Positions 53,959 to 63,324 of a stretch of DNA of 64,000 nt are shown piece by piece (position 1 is the stretch's first letter; each line of letters starts with the position of its first letter). The stretch comes from Firmicutes bacterium CAG:582 (GTDB lineage Bacteria > Bacillota_I > Bacilli_A > RF39 > UBA660): contig FR884182.1 of assembly GCA_000435515.1 (NCBI GenBank), forward strand, positions 8,123-72,122, written 5' to 3'. Under the pieces are notes generated by a model, which saw only the letters and a program-made list of their open reading frames with translations, searched no databases and had not been told where the DNA came from. A program made the position numbers and the translations under genes.

Positions 53959-55149
53959 CTACTTTCTATATTCTTCAATAATTTTTTTAGCAAAGAGTTT
54001 ATCACTATAAATGGACGTATCATATTCTTGATATTCTTTAAGTGAATAAATTGTTTTTAAAATATTTTTAATATTTTCTTCTTTACCTTGTTTCTTTATT
54101 AGATAGACATTTCTGTTTTTAGCTTGTTCCACACAACCTCCAGTATCATAACAAACCACTCTTGTATGGCATGCAAGAGCTTCAATGTTTACTGTTGGAT
54201 AATTATCTTCATATGTTGGATTTAAAAGACAATAAGAAAGACTATAAAGAGTGGCTAAATCAACTTGATTTTCCGTTCTTTTTATAGGGATTATATTCCT
54301 ATAGTTTTCTACTTCTTTTGTTTGCCTATCATTTAAGCCTACTAAGACTATAACATATTCATCACTTATTTTATCAGCTAAAGATAAAAAATCGTCAAAT
54401 CCTTTACGTTTCTCCCAAATACTTGCTACCCCTAAAATAACTTTTTTATCTTTAGGAATATTGTATTTATCATAAATAGTTTCATCTTTTTTAGGTTTGA
54501 ATATTTCTAAATTAATTCCATTATTTATTGTCTTTACATTACATATTTTTAAAAATGACTTAGATACAATATCTTGAAGCCAAATTGATGGCGTTATGAT
54601 GGTTATTCTAGGGTCGGTAAATAATTTTTTCTTTTCTTCGTAATTCTTTTTTGAACGATCAAAAACTAAACTTATTGGGTATTTTTTTTTGTTTGGACAG
54701 TCATGACATCCCATCTTCCAACGATCACAGTGGATATAGTCAAAGTATGCACAATGGCCTGTCATTGGTAAACAATCATGTAAAGTCCAAAATATTTTTC
54801 CTTGATATTCATTTCTTAAATAGTCAAATAATATTTTATAGTTGATGTAATAACCATGAATATTATGTAGATGAATGATATCAGGATTGATTTTTTTTAA
54901 TTCACGAACTAACTCTTTCGTTTTAAAATATGAACCATGACCATGAGCATCAAAGATAGTTGTTATAAACACATGATAAAGGAAAGAAAATGGTCTCCCT
55001 ATTTTTTTACAAGGTATATCAGTATAGCCTTTTCTTCTTCCATAAATACAAAACACTTCAAAGCCATCATTTCTTGCTTCTCTTGAAATGCTACCCATGA
55101 TTTTACCAGTTGACCCATTACATACTGTATTAATACTTACTAATTTCAT
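53959..55149 (-). CDS. GT-B fold glycosyltransferase (GT4-like)
   Basis: LLNPTYEDNYPTVNIEALACHTRVVCYDTGG. 396 aa. Confidence 0.65.
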   Translation of the reverse strand: MKLVSINTVCNGSTGKIMGSISREARNDGFEVFCIYGRRKGYTDIPCKKIGRPFSFLYHVFITTIFDAHGHGSYFKTKELVRELKKINPDIIHLHNIHGYYINYKILFDYLRNEYQGKIFWTLHDCLPMTGHCAYFDYIHCDRWKMGCHDCPNKKKYPISLVFDRSKKNYEEKKKLFTDPRITIITPSIWLQDIVSKSFLKICNVKTINNGINLEIFKPKKDETIYDKYNIPKDKKVILGVASIWEKRKGFDDFLSLADKISDEYVIVLVGLNDRQTKEVENYRNIIPIKRTENQVDLATLYSLSYCLLNPTYEDNYPTVNIEALACHTRVVCYDTGGCVEQAKNRNVYLIKKQGKEENIKNILKTIYSLKEYQEYDTSIYSDKLFAKKIIEEYRK

Positions 55150-55153
55150 AAAA

Positions 55154-56377
55154 TCAATTCCTTTTATATTTGTTTAGAGTTTTATAATACAAGAATAAAT
55201 ACATTATCAATAAAATTGCCATAAATATGAGATACGCATATATTGCACCAGTGAGTTTGAAAGCACTTATCAACACATAACAAATAATAGTTGATACAAC
55301 TGTCATAATTAAATATATTATAGTTTGTTCTTTATGAACATTTAATAAAACTAGTACTTGTGAATAGACATTTGCAAGTGTATAAAATGTTGCTCCTATA
55401 AGAACAATTACTAAATGAATTCGATAAGCGTTTAAATTTATTCCATACATGATATTAAGTACAGGAATTCCAATCGTAAGTCCACAAAGACAAGCAAGAA
55501 CACCAATAAATATTAAAGAAAGCATCATATTTCTTACCACTTTATTAAATTTATCTATATTTTTATTTTTAAATAAGTTGTTTAAACTTGTTATTATTGG
55601 CACAACTATATAACTTGAACATAATCCAATTATTGTTGATGGCATGAATATTATTCCAAAAATATTTTGAGCTTCCGCTGTATCAAAATAATCAAGTATA
55701 TACTTGCTTGAATTAGCTACATACATCGCTAGAAAAGAATAGATAAATATTGGTAAAGTATCTTTTAATATTTTTTTTAAATTAACAAAGTTAAATATTC
55801 CATATATATATTCTTTAGAGTTTTTTATATCAAAAGTAAAGAAAAGTAAAGCATTTACAATTATTAAACTTACTAGTGAAATCAAGATATTCTTTGTTAG
55901 TAAATCCGTAATCACAAAAGCGATAATTCCAACTATCCCTTTAATAGTAAGTGATATTCCTGATTTATATAATTGATTATTTTTTTGTAATATTCCATAA
56001 ACAGCATCGCTTATCGATTCGATCATTCTAAATAAACATATAAGTAAAATTACCCCTATCTTAAAGAAATTATAGTTATTTATTAATGAAAAAATGGTTA
56101 CTATAATAATAGTTAAAATACTTGTAAGTATACGAAAATGAATAAAGTCTTTAGGAGTATATTTCTCATAATTGCTTATTTGATATACACGATTAAAAAA
56201 CGTTGAAAGAATAAAAAATAGGCATATTAAGGAATAAGCAAATGTAAAAACTCCTGCTTCGCTTTTTAAATTTATGTGATTAATTGCAATCATAAAAAAA
56301 AGGGAGTTAAAAGAGTTAATTGATGAACCAATAAAATTCCAAATAAAATCTTTTTTTCTATTTTCCATCTTTAGCAC
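55154..56377 (-). CDS. Wzx-like polysaccharide flippase (MOP superfamily)
   Basis: 407 aa, about 12 TM helices, within the glycan locus. Confidence 0.6.
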   Translation of the reverse strand: MLKMENRKKDFIWNFIGSSINSFNSLFFMIAINHINLKSEAGVFTFAYSLICLFFILSTFFNRVYQISNYEKYTPKDFIHFRILTSILTIIIVTIFSLINNYNFFKIGVILLICLFRMIESISDAVYGILQKNNQLYKSGISLTIKGIVGIIAFVITDLLTKNILISLVSLIIVNALLFFTFDIKNSKEYIYGIFNFVNLKKILKDTLPIFIYSFLAMYVANSSKYILDYFDTAEAQNIFGIIFMPSTIIGLCSSYIVVPIITSLNNLFKNKNIDKFNKVVRNMMLSLIFIGVLACLCGLTIGIPVLNIMYGINLNAYRIHLVIVLIGATFYTLANVYSQVLVLLNVHKEQTIIYLIMTVVSTIICYVLISAFKLTGAIYAYLIFMAILLIMYLFLYYKTLNKYKRN

Positions 56378-56699
56378 CTTTAATAATCGAGACTTCTTGG
56401 ATAAGCATCGTTATTTGTTTCTTTTGTTGAGATATGATAACTGTAAGAATTAAAGTTATTCCTAATAAAAGTGTTATCATAATACCTATAACTAAATTAG
56501 CCATCGTTAAAAATCCAAATGACTTAGCAAAAAACTCAAGGATAAATGGAACTAAAGATATTATAAGAAGTACACATATAGCAATAATCCAAACTAAAGA
56601 ATATTTTATTGGTAATTTATTTCTTTTTAAAAGATTTAAGATTATAACTAACCATATAATTGAAAATATAAGTAAAGCAATTCTTAATTTAATACTCAT
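56358..56699 (-). CDS. DUF2304-family small membrane protein
   Basis: MSIKLRIALLIFSIIWLVIILNLLKRNKLPIKYSLVWI. ATG overlaps the upstream GT2 stop (TAATG). The GT2 + DUF2304 + DUF2142 arrangement is typical. Confidence 0.65.
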   Translation of the reverse strand: MSIKLRIALLIFSIIWLVIILNLLKRNKLPIKYSLVWIIAICVLLIISLVPFILEFFAKSFGFLTMANLVIGIMITLLLGITLILTVIISQQKKQITMLIQEVSIIKGAKDGK

Positions 56700-57418
56700 T
56701 ATTTTCCCTTCTTTCTTAAAAGAATTGATAAAACAACGTTTACCATATAATAGATATTTTTCCATGAGTTTATAGATGATTTACCGGCAAGTCTTTCGTT
56801 CATACTTACAGGAACTTCTTTTATTTTCATGCCACTTAAGATAACATCTACAGAAGATATTGGTTCTGGATATTCAAGGGGATAATGAATAGCAAACATC
56901 GCGATAGCGTTTTTGTTAGATGCTCTAAACCCACTTGTTGTATCATATATACGAACTCTAGTTTTAAAATGAATACATGATGAAATCAGTTTTATTCCTA
57001 CTCTTCTTAAAAATGACGACTTAAATTCACTTGATGAAGAATCGATGAATCTTGATCCAATTGTCATATCAACATTTTCTTCTAATATCGGTTTAATTAA
57101 TGCTTCAACATAATTAACGTTGTGTTGTCCATCTCCATCAAATTGTATAGCGATATCATAATCATTATATAAAGCATATTTATATCCTGTTTGAACGGCT
57201 CCGCCTATTCCTAAGTTTTGTATCAATTTAATATGATTGATATTGTTTTCACATAATATTTTTTCTGTAGCATCAATGCTTCCGTCATTTATAAATACAA
57301 CATCTAGTTTAGTTTTAGCTTTTTTATTGTAATCACATATATTTTTATATACTGTAAGAATGTTTTTTTCCTCGTTATATGCCGGTATAATCAATAACAC
57401 TTTTGGATTCTTTTTCAT
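56699..57418 (-). CDS. GtrB/DPM1-like family 2 glycosyltransferase (polyprenyl-phosphate sugar synthase type)
   Basis: VLLIIPAYNEEKNI, FINDGSIDAT, QFDGDGQH. Confidence 0.8.
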   Translation of the reverse strand: MKKNPKVLLIIPAYNEEKNILTVYKNICDYNKKAKTKLDVVFINDGSIDATEKILCENNINHIKLIQNLGIGGAVQTGYKYALYNDYDIAIQFDGDGQHNVNYVEALIKPILEENVDMTIGSRFIDSSSSEFKSSFLRRVGIKLISSCIHFKTRVRIYDTTSGFRASNKNAIAMFAIHYPLEYPEPISSVDVILSGMKIKEVPVSMNERLAGKSSINSWKNIYYMVNVVLSILLRKKGK

Positions 57419-57455
57419 ACAACTAATCCTCTCAATCTATTTTTATTATACCAAA

Positions 57456-59003
57456 TTATCCTATAAAAGAAACATATATAGTAAGAATTATGGAAATGTT
57501 TATCAAAACACTGGCAACAAAGAAAACATTTGTGTTTTTTAATTTTAATACTTGTTTATTTATAAATATTGGTGCAAGCCACATAATTGGAATAAAATAT
57601 CTTCCTTGAACACCATAAATAAACATTGTTTTATTCTTTTGAGCTGCTGCATATAAAGCATACATAATAAGCAAGAATATTAAAACTCCGATTAAGCCAG
57701 CAGCAACTTTATAGAATTTTTCAATCTTTACATTTGCATCTTCAGTTAAATATGAAAAGATAAAAATAAACAAATATATAATTGGAAGTATTCCTGCTGG
57801 TGTAACTTGTCTTTGATAGAAATAATCACCTGCAAATATATTTTGGATGTATGATAATCCTTCATTAAATATCGTATTTATAAGTTTATTAAGATAAATA
57901 ACAATAGTTTCAATAAAGTTATGATTTCCTACTTCAGAAGCAATACTTATTCCACCAACTTTCATCCATGTGATACTTGATACAAGTCCAAGAATGATTA
58001 ATAAAACTATAGATAAGATTCTTTTCTTTATAGAACCAAAGTTTTCTTTTGGTAGCAATATTATTAAACCAATTAATGGTAAATACGTTGTTTTACAAAC
58101 GGATATAATAATAATCATTAAAATTAATTCAATATAATCTTTTATACTTAATTGTTTCTTTGTTTTTATATGCATTAAAATAGTTGCAATAAATAAGAAC
58201 GATACCGAATTTATAACAGTATCAGCACTTATTGACGAAGTGTATGCTAAAACTACTGGACATAATAGTAGAATCATCATTGTTTTTTTAGCATATGGAA
58301 GCCTTTTTAAGCCCAAAGCAAAAATAAGAGTACAAATAATCATATTAGTAAGTCTTCCAAGAACGCCAATAACATATGGACTTAAATTTAAAAGCATTCC
58401 TACTTTCATTCCAATAACGGCTGGAATATAATCTAAAAACACATAACTTGCGCAGTGAATATAAGTTTTTGATTTAACATTTTTATCCAATTTTATACCT
58501 AATGCTTTATTTGTATCCGCATAAGTACGATATTCAGGATATTTGTCTTTATCATCAAAAATAGTTGTTTTTATACTTTTAGGAAGTTTGTCAGTTCCCC
58601 TACCTTTAGAATCATATTTGGATATTAAATGACCATCAGCTATTTGATAAGCTCGTATATAATGAAATGTTTCATCACTTTGAGTAAACATTGGAGGTGT
58701 AAAAACATAAAAACTTGATAAGATAATAGCTACCAAGAAATATTTCTTATATATTTTTAAATCAGTATGTTTTAAAATATAATATATTATTATGGAGGCA
58801 ATAACCAATAAACCTAGAATAATAATAAACCATACATAATAATCATAATTCTTTATTTTTAATCCTTTAATATTATTTGCAAGCAGATTATAGTAGTAAA
58901 CTATAATACAAATTATAGATATAGCAAGATATAAAAATTTAGATGTAAACACCTTAACAACTATATCTTTAAACCTCTCATACATTTTGTTAATATACTC
59001 CAT
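57456..59003 (-). CDS. DUF2142-family polytopic membrane protein (GT-C-like)
   Basis: 515 aa, more than 10 TM. FTQSDETFHYIRAY near the first loop. Locus context. Confidence 0.6.
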   Translation of the reverse strand: MEYINKMYERFKDIVVKVFTSKFLYLAISIICIIVYYYNLLANNIKGLKIKNYDYYVWFIIILGLLVIASIIIYYILKHTDLKIYKKYFLVAIILSSFYVFTPPMFTQSDETFHYIRAYQIADGHLISKYDSKGRGTDKLPKSIKTTIFDDKDKYPEYRTYADTNKALGIKLDKNVKSKTYIHCASYVFLDYIPAVIGMKVGMLLNLSPYVIGVLGRLTNMIICTLIFALGLKRLPYAKKTMMILLLCPVVLAYTSSISADTVINSVSFLFIATILMHIKTKKQLSIKDYIELILMIIIISVCKTTYLPLIGLIILLPKENFGSIKKRILSIVLLIILGLVSSITWMKVGGISIASEVGNHNFIETIVIYLNKLINTIFNEGLSYIQNIFAGDYFYQRQVTPAGILPIIYLFIFIFSYLTEDANVKIEKFYKVAAGLIGVLIFLLIMYALYAAAQKNKTMFIYGVQGRYFIPIMWLAPIFINKQVLKLKNTNVFFVASVLINISIILTIYVSFIG

Positions 59004-59063
59004 AACACTTCCTCCAATTAAGTAAAAAAAATATAATATATCATCAATATATTATAATTTTTT

Positions 59064-59615
59064 TTAGAATTTTTCAACTTTAAATATTACAGCACCTGTT
59101 TTTCTAGCCGCTTCAATCCCTACTTCAGCATCTTCAAATATAATTGCATTTTTAGGATCAACATTGAATCTTTGAATAGCTAAATTAAATCCCTCAGGAT
59201 CTGGTTTTGGTTTTGATATATCATCAGCAGTTATGATTTCATCAAATAACTCTATTTTTTTTGTATATTTAAGTATCTCTTCAGTATTTTTTTTAGACGC
59301 TGTTGTTACAAGAACTATTTTATATTCGCTTTTTATTAGTCTTATAATATCAAAAAGTCTTTCATTTACTTTTACTTTATCTAAATATTTAGAATAAGCA
59401 TTCTTTTTTATTTTATGTACTTCTTCTATTTTCTCTTCGTCATTATCAACAAGTGGCGGAATAAAAACTTTATAATGTCTTCCGTTACAATAATTGCAAT
59501 AATAATCATAATCAAGATCCACACCAAATGTATTTAATGCTGTTTTATAAGCAAAGTAATTAACATCATTGGTATTATATAAAGTTCCATCCATGTCAAA
59601 TATTGCTAGTTTCAT
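59064..59615 (-). CDS. HAD-superfamily hydrolase (beta-phosphoglucomutase-like subfamily IA)
   Basis: LAIFDMDGTLYNT (DxDGT), VTTASKK, FEDAEVGIEAA. Confidence 0.8.
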   Translation of the reverse strand: MKLAIFDMDGTLYNTNDVNYFAYKTALNTFGVDLDYDYYCNYCNGRHYKVFIPPLVDNDEEKIEEVHKIKKNAYSKYLDKVKVNERLFDIIRLIKSEYKIVLVTTASKKNTEEILKYTKKIELFDEIITADDISKPKPDPEGFNLAIQRFNVDPKNAIIFEDAEVGIEAARKTGAVIFKVEKF

Positions 59616-61477
59616 TATTTTTCAAACCTTTCCTCTACATCAGATGCAACCATTATTAATCCTGCATAGAATAGTAATGACCTTTCAGCATTCTTTTCGA
59701 TTTTATATGGCATTAGTCTTAACCAATGGATAATTTCATGATAAAAAATACTTTTTACCCCTTCTTCTCCAAATTTCTTTTCTAAATATTTGACTACTTC
59801 ATCAAATAGTTTGTAATAAGTAGATGATTTAGTAAATAAAAATTCTATTTTATCGTCATGATAAGATACTTTTTTAGTATTCATTAAAAACTCATAACCA
59901 CCATGAATAGATTGAAGTAATTTACCGTAATCTAAATATGGTGAATCATGTAAATTTCCAGTATTAGGATCAATTATATAGAAGTTCTTTTTAGATTTAC
60001 TATTTTTTATACAAATAATATTTTCGATTGTAAAGTCTCCGTGAATATCTGAATAGTTATCATTTTTAAATACCTCATATAAATATTCTTTATTTAAGTA
60101 TTTTTTAAAGTGATTTAAATTTGGATATTTTTTACCATTTATATAAATATAATCATATTTTAGAAGTGGCTTAATATATTCACCGTTTTCAATTTTTTCA
60201 ATATTCTTTAATACTTTAGTATCACAGTACTTTTCAATAGTTTCTTTATTGGCTTTTCTTTTATTTACTGTATGTAAGTTTTTATCAATGTCATCCAATG
60301 CTTGCTTTATTGTATTCCATGCTTCTTTAAATGGAGTTGTATGAACATAATTAAAGCATGTTACAGCATCTGCTACGTATGGCATATCATAGCAGCAAAC
60401 CCCTTTTTTGTAGTATTCATCAGATATTTTTGTTAGAGTTAACTTTTTCTCATGCGCATGTATCCAATCGATTTGATCTTTTAGTTTATCGGCATCTTTT
60501 CCAAAAGAATATTTTCGATAAAATAATTTTCCATCCTTACTGCATAACATTGTTGTTGCATTAGAACCCGCAGAATAGTCTTCAATTATTGCAACATCAT
60601 TATTAATTTCTAAATATTTTTTAAAATATTCTGAATCATCATTGTTGTTAAAATATAACTCAAGAAAGTTTAATCTCTCATTCAAATTAGCATGTGGCAA
60701 CAACTCTTCATGTTTTTTTGTTTTTGTTTTAGCGAATAAAAACGATACTGCAAACAACAAAATGTTGCTTAATACTATATAAGCTATCATATTTACTCCA
60801 AACATATTCAAACTTTTGATTAGACTTGAACGCATTCCTCCATAGGAAAAGTATAGGTTAAACATATCAATTAAACTGGTTTCTGTCAAAAGCGATTTGC
60901 CCAAGTAATAACAAGATAATATGTTTAGTGACCACATACAAATTGAATATATACCAAGTTTTAACTTATTGACTTTCGTTACGATATTTTCAAACGAAAT
61001 AATTGTAAACCATGACGATTTTAATAGTTTTAATTCTATGTTGTTGTTAAATAAATGTGCAATATTATAAATTGCTCTTTTTACTTGTTTTTTGAACAAT
61101 TTTAATACTATTCCAACAATTAAAAGTACACCTAGTGATATAACGTAGAATAAAATATTTTTAAATGAATCGATTCCACATAGTAGGAAAACTAAATATA
61201 TAATCGAAACACATATGAAATCAAGAATAATTTCTACAATGATAGTTGCTATAGAATATGATATTCCATATTTCATCTTTTTTCCAGTAAAATATGCTCG
61301 ATAAATATAGCCAAGTTTAAATGGAATAATATAATTTATTAAATTGCTAATGGAAAGTGCTTGAGTTAAATTCTTTTTGTTGGAGTCGTCATACAAATCA
61401 ATAAACAAAGATTGTCTAAGTACTTTTAAAATATTAGCAATTAAAATAGTAATTATTGCAATAATTAAGTAAATCAT
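59615..61477 (-). CDS. Fusion protein: N-terminal LPG-synthase-TM/flippase-like membrane domain + C-terminal APH/choline-kinase-like phosphotransferase
   Basis: About 8 TM in the first ~250 aa (IIPFKLGYIYRAYF). The C-terminus has HGDFTIENIIC (HxDxxxxN) and YIIDPN (kinase catalytic and Mg loops). Confidence 0.6.
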   Translation of the reverse strand: MIYLIIAIITILIANILKVLRQSLFIDLYDDSNKKNLTQALSISNLINYIIPFKLGYIYRAYFTGKKMKYGISYSIATIIVEIILDFICVSIIYLVFLLCGIDSFKNILFYVISLGVLLIVGIVLKLFKKQVKRAIYNIAHLFNNNIELKLLKSSWFTIISFENIVTKVNKLKLGIYSICMWSLNILSCYYLGKSLLTETSLIDMFNLYFSYGGMRSSLIKSLNMFGVNMIAYIVLSNILLFAVSFLFAKTKTKKHEELLPHANLNERLNFLELYFNNNDDSEYFKKYLEINNDVAIIEDYSAGSNATTMLCSKDGKLFYRKYSFGKDADKLKDQIDWIHAHEKKLTLTKISDEYYKKGVCCYDMPYVADAVTCFNYVHTTPFKEAWNTIKQALDDIDKNLHTVNKRKANKETIEKYCDTKVLKNIEKIENGEYIKPLLKYDYIYINGKKYPNLNHFKKYLNKEYLYEVFKNDNYSDIHGDFTIENIICIKNSKSKKNFYIIDPNTGNLHDSPYLDYGKLLQSIHGGYEFLMNTKKVSYHDDKIEFLFTKSSTYYKLFDEVVKYLEKKFGEEGVKSIFYHEIIHWLRLMPYKIEKNAERSLLFYAGLIMVASDVEERFEK

Positions 61478-62226
61478 TTTTTAAGCATCCTCTCAAATTC
61501 ATCTGATTTTTCTGCAGCATAATATTCATCTGGTGTTCCAAATGGTAAATGCATATCACAAGTGAAGTTATCAATACGCATATTATGTTCAGCCATAATA
61601 TTGTATACTCCACTTACATAGTATTCACTATAGTTACATTTATCTAAATATTCATTGGCACATTCCAAGAAAGTTTTTTTATTTTTGAAGTAGTAAGCGC
61701 CGCATATAGCATGAGTACTTACAGCTTGTTTTTCTACTGTGTGTATAACATTGCCTGTTTCATCCATTTGTAAGAATGAATATTTTGGATCACTTGATTC
61801 AAAAGTTAATAAAGCTCCATCTGGCATATCAAAGATTCCTTTTTCACAGAATGAATAAAAATCTTTGCAAGTAAACATATGATCGCAGTCATTAAATATA
61901 ATTGGTAAATCATCATTAATACTTTGAACACCATGCATACAGGTTAATACAGCTCCATTTAAAAGTTCTGGTATAACTTCTATTTTAGCTTCTGGGAAAT
62001 ATTTTTTTATAACCTCATCTATTTTGAATTCTTCTATATGTTGTTTTAACACAACAAAAGTAATATCTTCTACATCAACAAATTTGCTTATTGATAAAGT
62101 AGCCCAATAAAGGAAAGGATAACCATTTATTTCAATTAATGGTTTTGGCATTACAAATCCATTTTTAAAGAATCTAGATCCTGCTCCTCCCATTGGCATA
62201 ATTAAATGTATTTTATTTTTTTCCAT
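61474..62226 (-). CDS. Sugar/alcohol-phosphate nucleotidyltransferase (NTP_transferase fold)
   Basis: IMPMGGAGSRF...PKPLIEING (G-x-G-x-R signature). 250 aa. Confidence 0.7.
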   Translation of the reverse strand: MEKNKIHLIMPMGGAGSRFFKNGFVMPKPLIEINGYPFLYWATLSISKFVDVEDITFVVLKQHIEEFKIDEVIKKYFPEAKIEVIPELLNGAVLTCMHGVQSINDDLPIIFNDCDHMFTCKDFYSFCEKGIFDMPDGALLTFESSDPKYSFLQMDETGNVIHTVEKQAVSTHAICGAYYFKNKKTFLECANEYLDKCNYSEYYVSGVYNIMAEHNMRIDNFTCDMHLPFGTPDEYYAAEKSDEFERMLKK

Positions 62227-62227
62227 A

Positions 62228-62938
62228 TTATTCTATCTCCTTTAATTTACTTTTTACGTCTTTGCTACCATTAATCATTTTTTTACTTTGTTTTATTCTA
62301 GACATAAAACCAGTATTCCAAGATGATACCCCTTTTTCTCTATTTTTTAAATATATTGGTAAATGTTTTACATTATAATTCTTTTTAAGAGCAAGTCCAT
62401 ATATGAATATATCTATAGTATAATCATATGGAAACTTATCAATATAACTAAGAAGATCCTTGTTAAATATTACTGGCATAGCCATAACGTTTGACATTTT
62501 TTTCCCAAATAAAATTGAATCGTATATTCCCATACCAAATGTAAATATATACTCTACTATTTTACGATTTTTTCTTTTTCCCTTCAAAAGAATATTTTCT
62601 TTTTGGTGATCATTAATATAATCAAAAAATGCTGTTAAATCCATCGGATTATACTGTAAATCAGAATGTAACCATCCAACATATTCTCCTCTTGCTTCTT
62701 TTAATCCTTGGATAATTCCATATCCATATCCTTGATTCTTTTTTACATAAACTTTTCTAATATATTTATCATCAAATGATTTGCAAGTATCAAAAAACTT
62801 CCTACTATCATCTGTTGAACCATTTTCAACTAAAATAAATTCACACTTATATTTTTTAGGAAATTTCTCAATTATTTTAACTAAATCATTTAAAGACTCA
62901 CTTTCATTGTAACATGGCAATATTATAGAATATTTCAT
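62228..62938 (-). CDS. GtrB-like family 2 glycosyltransferase
   Basis: YSIILPCYNESESL, VENGSTDDS, HSDLQYNP. Confidence 0.8.
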   Translation of the reverse strand: MKYSIILPCYNESESLNDLVKIIEKFPKKYKCEFILVENGSTDDSRKFFDTCKSFDDKYIRKVYVKKNQGYGYGIIQGLKEARGEYVGWLHSDLQYNPMDLTAFFDYINDHQKENILLKGKRKNRKIVEYIFTFGMGIYDSILFGKKMSNVMAMPVIFNKDLLSYIDKFPYDYTIDIFIYGLALKKNYNVKHLPIYLKNREKGVSSWNTGFMSRIKQSKKMINGSKDVKSKLKEIE

Positions 62939-63324
62939 TTTTTACCTCCTCGAAATACTACTTCCTTTTGTATGACAAAATTTACAATCATAGCAATGCC
63001 TGTTGCTATAATAAATGAAATTATTTTATTATTTGTTATACTAAATGTTAACGTGTTAACAAGTGTATTAACACCGATATTAATAAGTACACATAATATA
63101 TATTTTAAGGCTAATACTATCGTAATTTTTTCTGAGTCACTAAAAGTCCAATTTTTATTAATGAAAAAAGAATAAATACTTGATATTGACATTGATATAC
63201 ATTTAGATATTGTGATATCTACTTTTGTAGATAATAACATGTATATTACAAAATCTAATAAGGTGCTACTTCCTCCTACTACTAGAAATCTTGCTTGACT
63301 CTTGTACTTTTGAACCACAATCAT
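62935..63324 (-). CDS. GtrA-family membrane protein
   Basis: 129 aa, 4 TM. ARFLVVGGSSTLLDFVIYMLL, FFINKNWTF. Confidence 0.75.
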   Translation of the reverse strand: MIVVQKYKSQARFLVVGGSSTLLDFVIYMLLSTKVDITISKCISMSISSIYSFFINKNWTFSDSEKITIVLALKYILCVLINIGVNTLVNTLTFSITNNKIISFIIATGIAMIVNFVIQKEVVFRGGKK

